A stretch of 64,000 nt of DNA. Origin: the human T2T-CHM13v2.0 reference genome, Homo sapiens. This document shows positions 26,901 through 37,615 of this stretch, in pieces. The DNA lies in assembly GCF_009914755.1 (NCBI RefSeq), contig NC_060927.1; one strand, written 5' to 3'. A model generated the notes under the pieces. The model saw only the letters and a program-made list of their open reading frames with translations, was not told the DNA's origin and did not search any database. The stretch's first letter is position 1; each line of letters starts with the position of its first letter. A program made the translations under genes and the position numbers.

Positions 26901-27739
26901 GGGGAAATGGAGGGTGGAAGTTTGCCTATAGTGAAGGAAGCAAGCCTAGAGAAAAGAGAGAGTAGAGAAAGGGGGGAAGGGGTTTGGGGGTTCTTACCTT
27001 CCAGAAAAGTGGGAAAAGGGGTTGGGGCACAGAGATAAGAGGTCGGGGTGTGGAAATAAGGGATGGGGCACAGAAATAAGGGGTAGGGTCATGGAAATAA
27101 GGGGTCGGGTCACGGAAATAAGGGATTGGGGCACAGAGATATGAGGTTGGGGTACTTGCCCCTCCTCTAGAAAAGTGGGACTTGCCACTAAGGGTGAAGG
27201 AGAAGGGGTTGAGGGGTACTTGCCCCTCCCCCAGAAAAGCAGAGAAGGGGTAGAGACAAGGAGAGAAGGGGTTGGGGTACTTGCCCCTTTCCCAGAAAAG
27301 TGGGACTTGCCGCTAAGGGTGAAGGACCAAGGCAGGCGTCCCTGCGTGGTCTGACACCTTTGAAACGTGGGTGAATAATCAGAGAGGCGTCCCTCCCTGC
27401 AATGATTAAACACCAAGGGAAGGCTGCCTTCCCAGTCCGTGACCGGCACCAGAGTTTTGGGTCCACGGATAAAACGTGTCTCCTTTGTCTCTCCCAGGAT
27501 ATGAAAGGAATTGAAATTAAGAGAAGGGAGAGATTGAAGAGTGGAAAGGAGAAAGTAGTTGAGGGACAGTGAGAGAGGTTGGAGAAGAGAGTAAGAGGCT
27601 GCTTACCTGATTTAAAATTGGTGAGATGTTCCTTGGGCTGGTCGGTCTGAGGACCTGAGGTCATAGGTGGATCTTTCTCACGGAGCAAAGAACAGGAGGA
27701 TAGGGGATTGATCTCCCAAGGGAGGTCCCCCCCCCCCCG

Positions 27740-27757
27740 ATCCGAGTCACGGCACCA
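27740..27757 (-). other. Primer binding site for tRNA-His (TGGTGCCGTGACTCGGAT)
   Basis: 18-nt intact PBS 2 nt after the 5' LTR; this defines the HERV-H family. Confidence 0.95.
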
Positions 27758-27759
27758 AA

Positions 27760-28209
27760 TTTCATGCACGTCCGTGTGAAGAGACCACCAAACAGGCTTT
27801 GTGTGAGCAACATGGCTGTTTATTTCACCTGGGTGCAGGCGGGCTGAGTCCAAAAAGAGAGTCAGCAGAGGGAGATAGGGGTTGGGGCCGTTTTATAGGA
27901 TTTGGGAAGGTAATGGAAAATTACAGTCAAAGGGGGTTGTTCTCTGGTGGGCAGGGGTGGGGGTCGCAAGGTGCTCAGTGGGGGTGTTTTTTGAGCCAGG
28001 ATGAGCCAGGAAAAGGACTTTCACAAGGTAATGTCATCACTTAAAGCAAGGACCGGCCATTTACACTTTTGTGGTGGAATGTCATCAGTTAAGGCAGGGC
28101 AGGGCATATTCACTTCTTTTGTGATTCTTCAGTTACTTCAGGCCATCTGGGCGTATACATGCAAGTCACAGGGGATGTGATGGCTTGGCTTGGGCTCAGA
28201 GGCCTGACA
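27760..28209 (-). promoter_or_regulatory. HERV-H 5' LTR (LTR7, 450 bp)
   Basis: Starts TGTCAGGCCTCTGAGCCCAAGCCAAG and ends ...CATGAAA. TATAAAA at 27897-27891; followed by the PBS. Confidence 0.96.
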
Positions 28210-31200
28210 TATATAAGGGCTAAATACAGAGCACAGACTAATTGCTAAATGTATGAGTGAGGAGGTGTGTGTTTTATTCACTGTTGGTTGCTTTCTCATC
28301 ATTCATTCTCTTCAACAAACATTCCACATACTTCAAGGGTAACAGATAAGTCCATTCCAGTAGAGGACCTGATGGGTCTAAGGGAACACAGGCTTAGCCA
28401 AACAGTATATGGTGTTCTCTGGACACAGAATTAGTCCTGCAAAGAGCATGCATAACAATTCAGATGACTGGTATGCATTTTCAGAGACTGTTCAGAAGCT
28501 ATCTAGCTTTTGTCGCTATGCCTCTGAATATCATCGCATGTGGCTTGAGACTGATCAGTGGTCTGTTGCAGCCATATTGATAACAGCTTGAGAAGGAAAG
28601 CAACATGGGGAGCCAAGTAGAGCAAAGAGATTCACAAACAAATGGAGGCAGAGCCTTGACTGAACCAAGTCTGCTCAGAGCCCTTTTGTTGTACTTCTCA
28701 GTTCCTGACCCCATAAATTAGCTACCCTGACTTGCTTAGCTACACTGACTTGGATTTTATGTGTTTTGTTACAATCTGTGTTCAGAAGCATTGTTACTGA
28801 CACAGTCTATATAAAAGAGATAAATTAAATGTAAAGGGAAATGATTTAGTCTCCAATCCTCTTAAAGTATTTTATCACGTAATCCTTTTATGCTTTTATT
28901 GATTATCTCTTTAGATTTGTGTGATTCTAAAACTGTTTTAGTTGGAGAATGATGGAAATTGAATAAAAACAAATAATCCAAATCACATTTCTCAAACATA
29001 ATTAATAACTGGCCTTTTTGTTTATCTAAATTTACCTTAATTTTAAAATGTATTCTACATGCTTTTTTAAGAAGGGAGTATAATTTTGAGACAGGAAAGC
29101 TTTTTATGTTATAAATTAATTGATGACTTTTTCAGCCTTCATAATCCAAACAGAACATGTCTTCAATTCCTGTTTGGAGTTTCCACAAACTTCTTTATTG
29201 CTGCCTAAATGCTTCTGTTACATTGTTTACATTGTTATGTATGTCTGCCTCCCATTATGTTGTGAGCACTCCCAGAGTTTATCTTAGCTCGTTCACTGTG
29301 AGCACTCCCAGAGTTTATCTTAGTTACTAGCATGTAATGAATGCTCAATAGATTGCTGAATCAATGAATGAATACCCAGATGGAAATCAGAGTAAAGAGT
29401 ATGAGAAAAAGGTGATGAGTAAATTAATTAAACTCTTTTGATTATGTTGCAGTGTGACTAATTTTTTAGAATAGTTCAGTAGTCATATTTTTGGCACTAT
29501 ATTATAGGGCAGAATGCTGTTTATTCAAAATGATTGTTTAATTATGCACACTTGAAACATGTGCAGCTTAATTAACAATTGATCTTAAATCATCCAGATA
29601 AATATATTAACTTTTGAATATATGTTAATCCTATGCATAGGTACATTATTAATCTAAGCAACTTAATAGTTTTCTTGAATTATTTTTCTCCAAAGTACTA
29701 CAAGCATAGTACTTTTAAATGATAAGGTATTATTATAAATGTATTAGCTCATTTTAAAAAGTCAGATTTAAAAAAAATGTTAAAACCTCTCCAAAATATT
29801 TTGCTTTCCCATAGAGAGAGGCATAAGTGGGATCGATGAGATTGCTGGGTTTGGCAATGCAATTAAAAATTCTGACTTAAGAAGCAATGTTCCATAACCT
29901 TGAAAAACTTCTCAAGTTCTTTTTCGATAAAATGAAGGTAAGTATACTTGGAAGGTTAAATTGCTTTTAAGTCAAATTGTTAAAATTCTCTAATATTAGG
30001 AATATTAATATGGGATTGTATATCTTATATGCAAATAAATGCACATTTGCAATGCTTGGAAATTATCATTTGTAATTTCTTATTTTTAAAAGTGGTCTTT
30101 GGAAGCCTAAACAATATTTAAAAACTTACATATTAATGAATGATGATAGTGCTTTTAAATATTTGGCAAAAGCACCTTTAGCATCTATCTCTCTCCCTGT
30201 TGCCAACACGGACACTTTTTCTTTTTCACATTTCAGTTATAATTAATTTAAGAATGGAAGTTGGTTATTGTTTTAACGTTTGTTAACTTGATTTTCATTC
30301 TTGAAGGACAGTTTGTTTTTAATTTTATTGTAAATTGATATTATAATTGTATATATTTATGGAATACAAAGCTATGATATATATGTATAATGTGAAATGA
30401 TTAAATCAAGCTAATTAACACATCCATCACCTCAACTACTTATTTTCTGTGGTGAGGACATGTTATTTGTTTGTTTTTTAAGTTTTAATTTTTGGAAAGA
30501 GTGCTAGACTTGAAACAATATCCACACTCTATTTGTATTTCTGTATTGTGAATTTCAGCAATTTTCCTAGTCTTTGAAAATATTACTTTCTTCATCTATC
30601 CAAATAGATTAAGACTAGACATTCCACACCAATTTTTGCTAAGATTTAATCTGATTGTATGTTGAAATTATAGCAGGTACGGAATAAATAACCAATTTTT
30701 TTAGTAATCCATTTCTTCATCACTTACTTCCTATGGTATTCCACACAGTAGCTTTTCCAAATGCCTTTCATGTTCCAAGCCCTTAAAGACATGTTGCATA
30801 ATTTTGTCTTGTAGGTTTGAAAACAAAAACAGGTATAAAGCCCCACCTACTTCATTTACTCTATTTTTACTTCCCCACCACAATCACAGACACACACACA
30901 CATAAACACTCACTTTTATACACCAAGAGAAGAGGCATTTTAGAGAGATGACTTGTGCATAACTTCTACAGAGAACAGGTAGGTAATATATTGAATACAT
31001 AGTATCTATACTCCCTCATTGTGGAAAATATAAGGCCTATTAATAAATAGGCATTCCATATAAAAACTCAGGTTTTTATTAGGCTGGTTTTAAAAGACGC
31101 CCCTTCCTGATGTTGAGGGCTACTCTGGCCACCAGGTGAGGGCAAATGCTTCTGCAGGGCCTCTGTTTATGTCATAATTTAAGTCATCTCAAATCAGGCA

Positions 31201-31330
31201 TGTCAGTACCATTCTGGTAGCATAACCTCACTCAATCCTATGAAAAAAATGTCTGCCATTATAAGCAATCAGCTAACAATTTGCTGTGTAAATACCTCTG
31301 TTACATTGTTTACAGTGTTGTACATGTCTT

Positions 31331-31713
31331 TGATATGGCTTGGCTGTGTCCCCACCCAAATCTCATCTTGAACTGTAGTCCCTATAATCCCCCTGTGTTG
31401 TAGGAGGGATCCGGTGGGAGGTAATTAAATCATGGTGGTGGTGACCCTCATGCTGCTCATGCTGTTCTCCTGATAGTGAGTTAGTTCTCATGAGATTTGT
31501 TGGTTTTATAAGGGGCTTCTCCCTTTGCTGGGCTCTCATTCTTCTCACTCCTACCACCATGTGAAGAAGTACGTGTTTGCCTCCCCTTCTGCCATGATTG
31601 TAAGTTTCCTAAGGCTTCCCCAGCCATGCAGAACTGTCAATTAAACCTCTTTCCTTTATAAATTACCCAGCGTCAGGTATTCCTTCATAGTAGTGTGAAA
31701 ATGAACTAATACA
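31331..31713 (+). mobile_element. THE1 (C/D-like) MaLR solo LTR
   Basis: tgatatggcttggctgtgtccccacccaaatctcatcttgaa...actaataca; flanks gtctt/gtctg. Confidence 0.9.
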
Positions 31714-32247
31714 GTCTGCCTCCCATTACATTGTGAGCACTTCTAGAGTTTATCTTAGTTTCTAGCACATAGTAGATCTCAATAGATTGCACTCTTCTGG
31801 AACCAGAAGGCCAGCTACAGGGTCCCAGGAGTACCCCACAGGTATTTATTCTGAATTGTGCAGCTCCTCAAATATTAATCCCATATGCAGGGGGCCTGGG
31901 CCTACATTAGTCCTCCTCCAGGCTCCAGTACCCAGTCCTATTGGCACTGCCTTCCCAGGCCCATCTCAGGCACCAGAGGAGGACTTGAAAGTTTCAAGGA
32001 AGGCAGGCCAAAGTACAGGTACTGGGCAGGAAAAGAAGCCCTACTTGCCCAGGTTACTTTTTTAAATTTCTGAAGCTGAGCAGGCTATAAAAGTAACTTG
32101 AACCAGAGGCATTAAAAGCTGTTTTACTCAAAGTTGAAGAGCTCAGAGTTTTTCCCAAACAGAAAGAGAATTTCTGAAAGAGGGAAGATTAACTTAGATG
32201 TGGAGCTAGTGATTATGTCAAAGATTTGAATTTTAAAAAGAAGTACC

Positions 32248-32640
32248 TGTATTAGGCAGTTCAAGCTTCTGTAACGAAGTCCCATAGACAGGGTGGCTTG
32301 TAAACAAGAGAAATGTATTTCTCACAGTTTTGGAAGCTGGAAGTCCAAGATCACAGGGCTAGCATAGCTGACTTCTGGTGATAGCCCTCTTCTGGGTTGC
32401 AGACTGCTGACATTTCCTTGTTTCATTGCAGGAAGAAGAAAGAGCTCTCTAGGGTTGCTTTTGTTTGTTTGTTTGTTGTTGTTGTTGTTGTTTTTTATAA
32501 GAGCACTAATCCTATTCATGAAGCCTCCACCATCAAAACCTAGTTACCTCCCAAACGCCCCACATCCTAAAACCATCACATTGGGGGTTAGAATTTTAAC
32601 ATATGAATTCAGGGAGGACATAAACATTCAGTCCCTAACA
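32248..32640 (-). mobile_element. MLT1A-like MaLR LTR
   Basis: tgtattagg...tttctcacagttttggaagctggaagtccaagatca...acattcagtccctaaca. Confidence 0.8.
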
Positions 32641-33983
32641 GTATCCAATCTATGTAAATATAATGAGTCCAATATAAGGCAATGGGATTGTATACATGTT
32701 ACTTTTTAATGTAATTTTCATTGAATTTAAAAACTTTGTGTGTCACTGTGAAATGCTACCAATTTTTGTCATGATATAATGTCTCAACGATAGTTTTGCA
32801 AAACACATAAATTGGTTACACCATGCTCAACTTTGCTTGAAACTTTTTTTCACTTTATTTTGAGGAATTTCATAATTTTACTGGCCTTCAATAACATTGT
32901 ATATGTGTGTGTGCATATATGTGTGTGTTGGAAGGCACAACTTGAATTACTGTGGATATTTTACTTTCTGTGGTACTGTAAAGCTTGTTGCTTTGCCAGA
33001 AAATGCGTAACTGGTTATTCCTCTAAGGATCCAAGTCACATCTCAATGGTGTTTCTCCATGCTTTTTGCTCGTTTTGTTTCAATGCTAATACTGTAAAAA
33101 AATTTTCAAAATATGTTAAATGTCAATTAAATTCAACACCTATAGTACCAGAAATTGATAACTGGTAAAAACTCCACCAATGTGAAAGTAATTTGAATAC
33201 CTATAACTAACTTCATATGTGTACATTATGAAGGAAAATTTATCTTAAATCTGAAAAATGGTAAATTAATGATTGCTTGATTTTTATTACCATACTAAAA
33301 CATTTTCCAATAATCCTGCCAGCAATAGATGCCTTTGAGGTTTTGCTAGGGCCAAAAGTTCCCTTTGATCCCAGACTCACCTCATTTTGGCACCTTCCCA
33401 ACTCAACTACCTGCCATGTGCATGTCTTCTTTCTGCCTTAGGGTCTTCCATTCACACTTGGTCTGCTCACTAGTACCGGGAAGTGAAATCCCCTGCCCCG
33501 CCTGCAGCCTGAAACCTGCAGCTAATGGGGAATAATTTTGGGCTACTGTCCTTCAGTGAAAAGTTCTGTTAGGCATTCTGTGTGCTCCTGGGAAGAGCCG
33601 GTAGAGTACCTGGTAGAGGCACCTTCACCTACTTTGAAGGATCTATATTGAATTTTATTCCCCTCACACTCCCACTTCCTGGGATTCTATCCCAAATAAA
33701 CTGTTTGCATCCAAGTCTTTGTCGCAGGCTCTGCTTCTGGGGAAACATGAACAAGAGTAAGTCACTGTCGAACCTTTATCTGATTCTCCTGAGTGAATGT
33801 AAATTACCAAGGTATATTTTCGACAGATAATTTCCAAATGATAAAGGTGGCCGACTTCAGACTTCCTGTAGTCTTGAAGGTTAATGGTTATTTAACCTAA
33901 AGAAAAAGATAGATGTCATGACTCTCTAGCCCAGTAAAAATTAGTATCATGTTTGTATTGCCCTGTAGAAAGTTTACTAACTC

Positions 33984-34298
33984 GGCTGGGTGCGGTGGCT
34001 CACGCTTGTAATCATCTCAGCACTTTGGGAGGCTGATGTGGGTGGATTGCCTGAGGTCAGGAGTTCAAGACTAGCCAGGCCAACATGGTGAAACCCCGTA
34101 TCTACTAAAAATACAAAAATTAGCCGGGCATGGTGGCGGGCACCTATAATCCCAGCGGCTCAGAAGGCTGAGACAGGGAGAATTGCTTGAACCCGGGAGG
34201 TGGGGGGTTGCAGTGAACCAAGATCATGCCATTGCACTCCAGCCTGGGTGACAGAGTGAGACTGTCTTAAAGAAAAAAAAAAAAGAAAAAGAAAAAAA
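33984..34298 (+). mobile_element. Alu (AluSx-like)
   Basis: Full dimer; perfect 17-bp TSD AGAAAGTTTACTAACTC at 33967-33983 and 34299-34315. Confidence 0.95.
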
Positions 34299-35449
34299 AG
34301 AAAGTTTACTAACTCAGCCATCATAGTTAAGTTTCTTTCACAGCTGCCATTTGACTGCTCTTTGTCTTTCTGCTGTTTACTGTATTAACGAGGTAAACAA
34401 AAGTTTGATGCATGCTCTGTTTCTTTGAGGCTTATGTTTTTAAACAGCGAGCAATGAAAAGGTGAAAGTGATTGTGAGACACTAATGCCTATAAGATTCA
34501 TTTCAGTTTCAGCTGTACTACGATGAAACTTATCTTTGAGTTGTTAGGGTGGTAGCTACCAAACTATTTTTAACATAAATAGGATTGCCTCCAAAATGCA
34601 AATTATTAGGCTCTTTTCTTCAAAACTGCAGAAGTTGCTCTCACCCCTTCCCTCAACCAACACACAGTCCAAATGCAGCAAGCAGTTTAGGGGCCATTGT
34701 AGTATCTTGTGAGACCCCAAGGAAGTCTCAAGTCCTTAGAGCCCCAGCATGGCACAGAAGAGCATATGGAACTCTCCTTCCTTACTCTTTACACCCACCC
34801 TACATTGAAGGACTTAGAAGTATCAGGAGAGGATCAATGGATAATAAGAGGCATTAAGGTTGGGAGAAGAGGATACAGAGTAAAGTTCTGACAAAAATGA
34901 AGATCATTTAATGAAACTTGGCCAACAGCAATCCCCAAAGCCGCCTGCTTCCTGACCACCCACACATTCTACACATGGGGACAGCTCTGAAATTCAGATG
35001 TCACTGTGTGCAAAGAAGAAATCCAGACTATATATGAAATAATCAAAAAAGCCAGGTATCGTCGATTTCACCTGGAATTAAGATTATATCTTCTGCCACT
35101 AGGCAGAATAGCAGCCCAAAATAAACAACGAGTTTAATTGTTGAGAACTCCTGTCTGTACCCACGAATTGTGAAATGTGTGCTGCAGACACCATAACACC
35201 ACCCGCTGTGTGGCCCTCGAATTCAAGAGCAACAAAACAAACAAAAACACCAATTATTTATTCCACAATTAGGAATTTCACAGTGAATTTTACTCACCGG
35301 AAATGAAACCACCCTCATCCTGGTACCACACTTATTCTTTGACTTTCGTGCAAATACTCAGAAACAAACTAGGTATGAAAAGCAGGGATTGCATGTGTAA
35401 TGAATTTCAGTCCATAAATATAACAATATCTTGTATCATTGATGGAGTT

Positions 35450-35640
35450 TACAGAGTCCATATCATACACATTAACTCACTGAATCATGACAACGGCTCC
35501 ATGAGGTAGGTATTATTGAATTTACAGGTGAAGTACCTGAGACTTAGAGGTTAAGTAACATCTCCGAGGAAACACAGCTGTGACAAAACTGCGACTCAAA
35601 CCCAGGTCCTCTGATATACAGAATCGGTATGTATTATCAC
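35450..35640 (-). mobile_element. MIR fragment
   Basis: tttacaggtgaagtacctgagacttagaggttaagtaac MIR core. Confidence 0.7.
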
Positions 35641-36484
35641 ATATTATAAATAAAGAGAGAGACTAACTTATATTTATAGTCAACTCACCAGGGGTAAGAG
35701 AGAAATTACGTCATTACACATGTCCCTCTAATTTTTCCTTAAAGTAGCTTTTAGAAATTGACTTCTTGACCTGTGGACCTGTTCATCTTTAAGTAGATGC
35801 TGGTGATTACTTCATTTTTATAAAATTAAATTTCAGATTAAACCCCTTTTTTTCACTGTTTTCCCTCATATTTTCAAATTCTGATAAACACAAAATTTAG
35901 GTAGAAGAGCAATATATATGTGAAAGGGAAAAAACCTACATCAGATTCTGTTGCTCTTGGAACTTCCAAGACATGGTGCCCATATTGTTCATCTAAAGTT
36001 GAATACCTGGATACACTAACTAACTTTAATAATGTATAACCTGGTATATGATAGGTATTGTTAAAATTTTACGTGAATTCGTAACAAGAAAGCAGATAGT
36101 TACTGATAAGCATTTCAGAGTTATATAATTAATTTTCTTGCTGACAGAACATAGGTGGCTCAAACTTTACAAATCACATTTATCTAGTTGAATCCCAATT
36201 ATTTTAGAAATAGATGAAATAGATTAACTGAAACTCAGATACACATACATAAACAAAAATAATATACCCTTAATATTAAAGAAGACTTAGTCTCTGATCC
36301 AATTATTCACTTCTAGGTCTTGACTGATCTTACATTTTTAATTTCAGAGGACTTAGGTAAAATTTTGCTTACAGTAAAGCCTGGTTATTCATACAACTAA
36401 TTGAGAATTTTCACTCATCTGATAATACAGGGGTGAAATGTTAAGACAGAACGACTTTGTGATTAAATGGAATAAATTTGATCA

Positions 36485-36545
36485 GCACACAATGAAAAAA
36501 GAAATCAACACAAGAAAGAAAGATGTATTTGAGAACATTTTTAAT
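36485..36545 (-). terminator. ROBO1: ROBO1 distal polyadenylation site
   Basis: Minus strand reads ATTAAA (36545-36540), then AATGTTCTCAAATACA (cleavage ~36524), then TCTTTCTTTCTTGTGTTGATTTCTTTTTT. Confidence 0.82.
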
Positions 36546-36839
36546 AAATAATGTGACAAAATTACTTTTCTGATTATTGGATTTTCAGTATGCAAAATTA
36601 TGGCTAAAAATAAGGGGCTTCTTACATGAACATAATGAAAACATTAATCACATGGATTGTTCCCTTAGTACTGCACGCCTTTTCTATGGAACTTTTTCAA
36701 ATTATCTAAATGAACAAGTTTGGTTTTGGTGAACACCAGCCTTTTTTTTTGTGGTTCAGTTTTGTTTGGCTTTGTTTTCCACTGGGGTCAGACCTGATAC
36801 TTATCTATCTATGAATAAATGTACATTTTTTTCTTCAAA

Positions 36840-36847
36840 TAGCACCA
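36840..36847 (-). promoter_or_regulatory. miR-29 family 8mer seed site (TGGTGCTA) in the ROBO1 3' UTR
   Basis: Exact 8mer seed match (TAGCACCA on the + strand). Confidence 0.75.
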
Positions 36848-37219
36848 ATTATAAAATCAATGATATTCATAAAATGACAAAAAAGGATCATAGAAATCTA
36901 CTAGTCAGAGGGCATCATTTGTCAATTGAAAGCAAGTAATGCCTCTATTAGAGATTTTAAGGAAATCTTGTAGGTTTCGACATTGGCCACAACAAACTTA
37001 AACCTCTTTTTTTCTTTAAGTCCAGGAAAAGTAAGAACCATTTGGTTCATGGCCCACAATAAAGTATGCATGTTACTTCACCATCTGTCATTATTCAAAT
37101 ATTCCAAATACAAACATAGAGCATTAACAAAACAGGTTAAAAACGCTTCTCAACATTTTTTTTTTCAATAAGACAAAAAAGGTTAATAGTTACAATGGTT
37201 TACAAATAAAGTTTAGTGA

Positions 37220-37227
37220 TTGTGCTT
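37220..37227 (-). promoter_or_regulatory. miR-218 8mer seed site (AAGCACAA) in the ROBO1 3' UTR
   Basis: Exact 8mer in the sequence. miR-218, hosted in SLIT2/SLIT3 introns, is an established ROBO1 regulator. Confidence 0.88.
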
Positions 37228-37607
37228 TTAAAACCAAAAAAAAAAAAAAAAAGAGAGAGAGATTAAAAACAGTGCATTACAAAAACAAAAATCAAACTTC
37301 CTTAAGTGGCACTTCTGAAAGTTGAACTGACACTACCAGAAGAAATTTAGGCCAGTTAAGACAGGGATGTTCTTACTCAATTGGTCATTAAAAACATCCA
37401 CTTGTTTGTAATACGTATTTATAATTACTTTTTGATGATTGAAAAATAGAACAAGGTTTTACTAGGTTTACTTATGACAATGACTAGACAACCAGAGATC
37501 CAACTGGCTTAGCCCTACTTATCCAAAAGTACATTTCCAATAAGAATATACTTCAATGATTGAAATGAAGCCAAAATAAAATACCACCAGGGTTTGCAAA
37601 GAGTAAA

Positions 37608-37615
37608 TATTTACA
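37608..37615 (-). promoter_or_regulatory. Pumilio response element UGUAAAUA in the ROBO1 3' UTR
   Basis: Exact match to UGUANAUA; motif evidence only. Confidence 0.5.

Larger units (their letters stand above)
19944..28209 (-). mobile_element. HERV-H provirus (LTR7-internal-LTR7), common deleted ~5.8 kb type, interrupted by an SVA
   Basis: Two near-identical LTRs; TSD TATAT at 19939-19943 and 28210-28214; His-tRNA PBS; PPT; gag/pro/pol remnants. Length without the SVA and its TSD is ~5.8 kb. Confidence 0.97.

Noticed and set aside
27000-27330. ~21-bp and ~70-bp tandem repeats that could look like a spacer array
   Set aside because: Normal HERV-H leader repeats; no unique spacers, and the context is eukaryotic, so not CRISPR.
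31126-31143. CTCF-like TGGCCACCAGGTGAGGGC
   Set aside because: It misses the high-information GGC positions of the core motif and cannot be supported without ChIP data.
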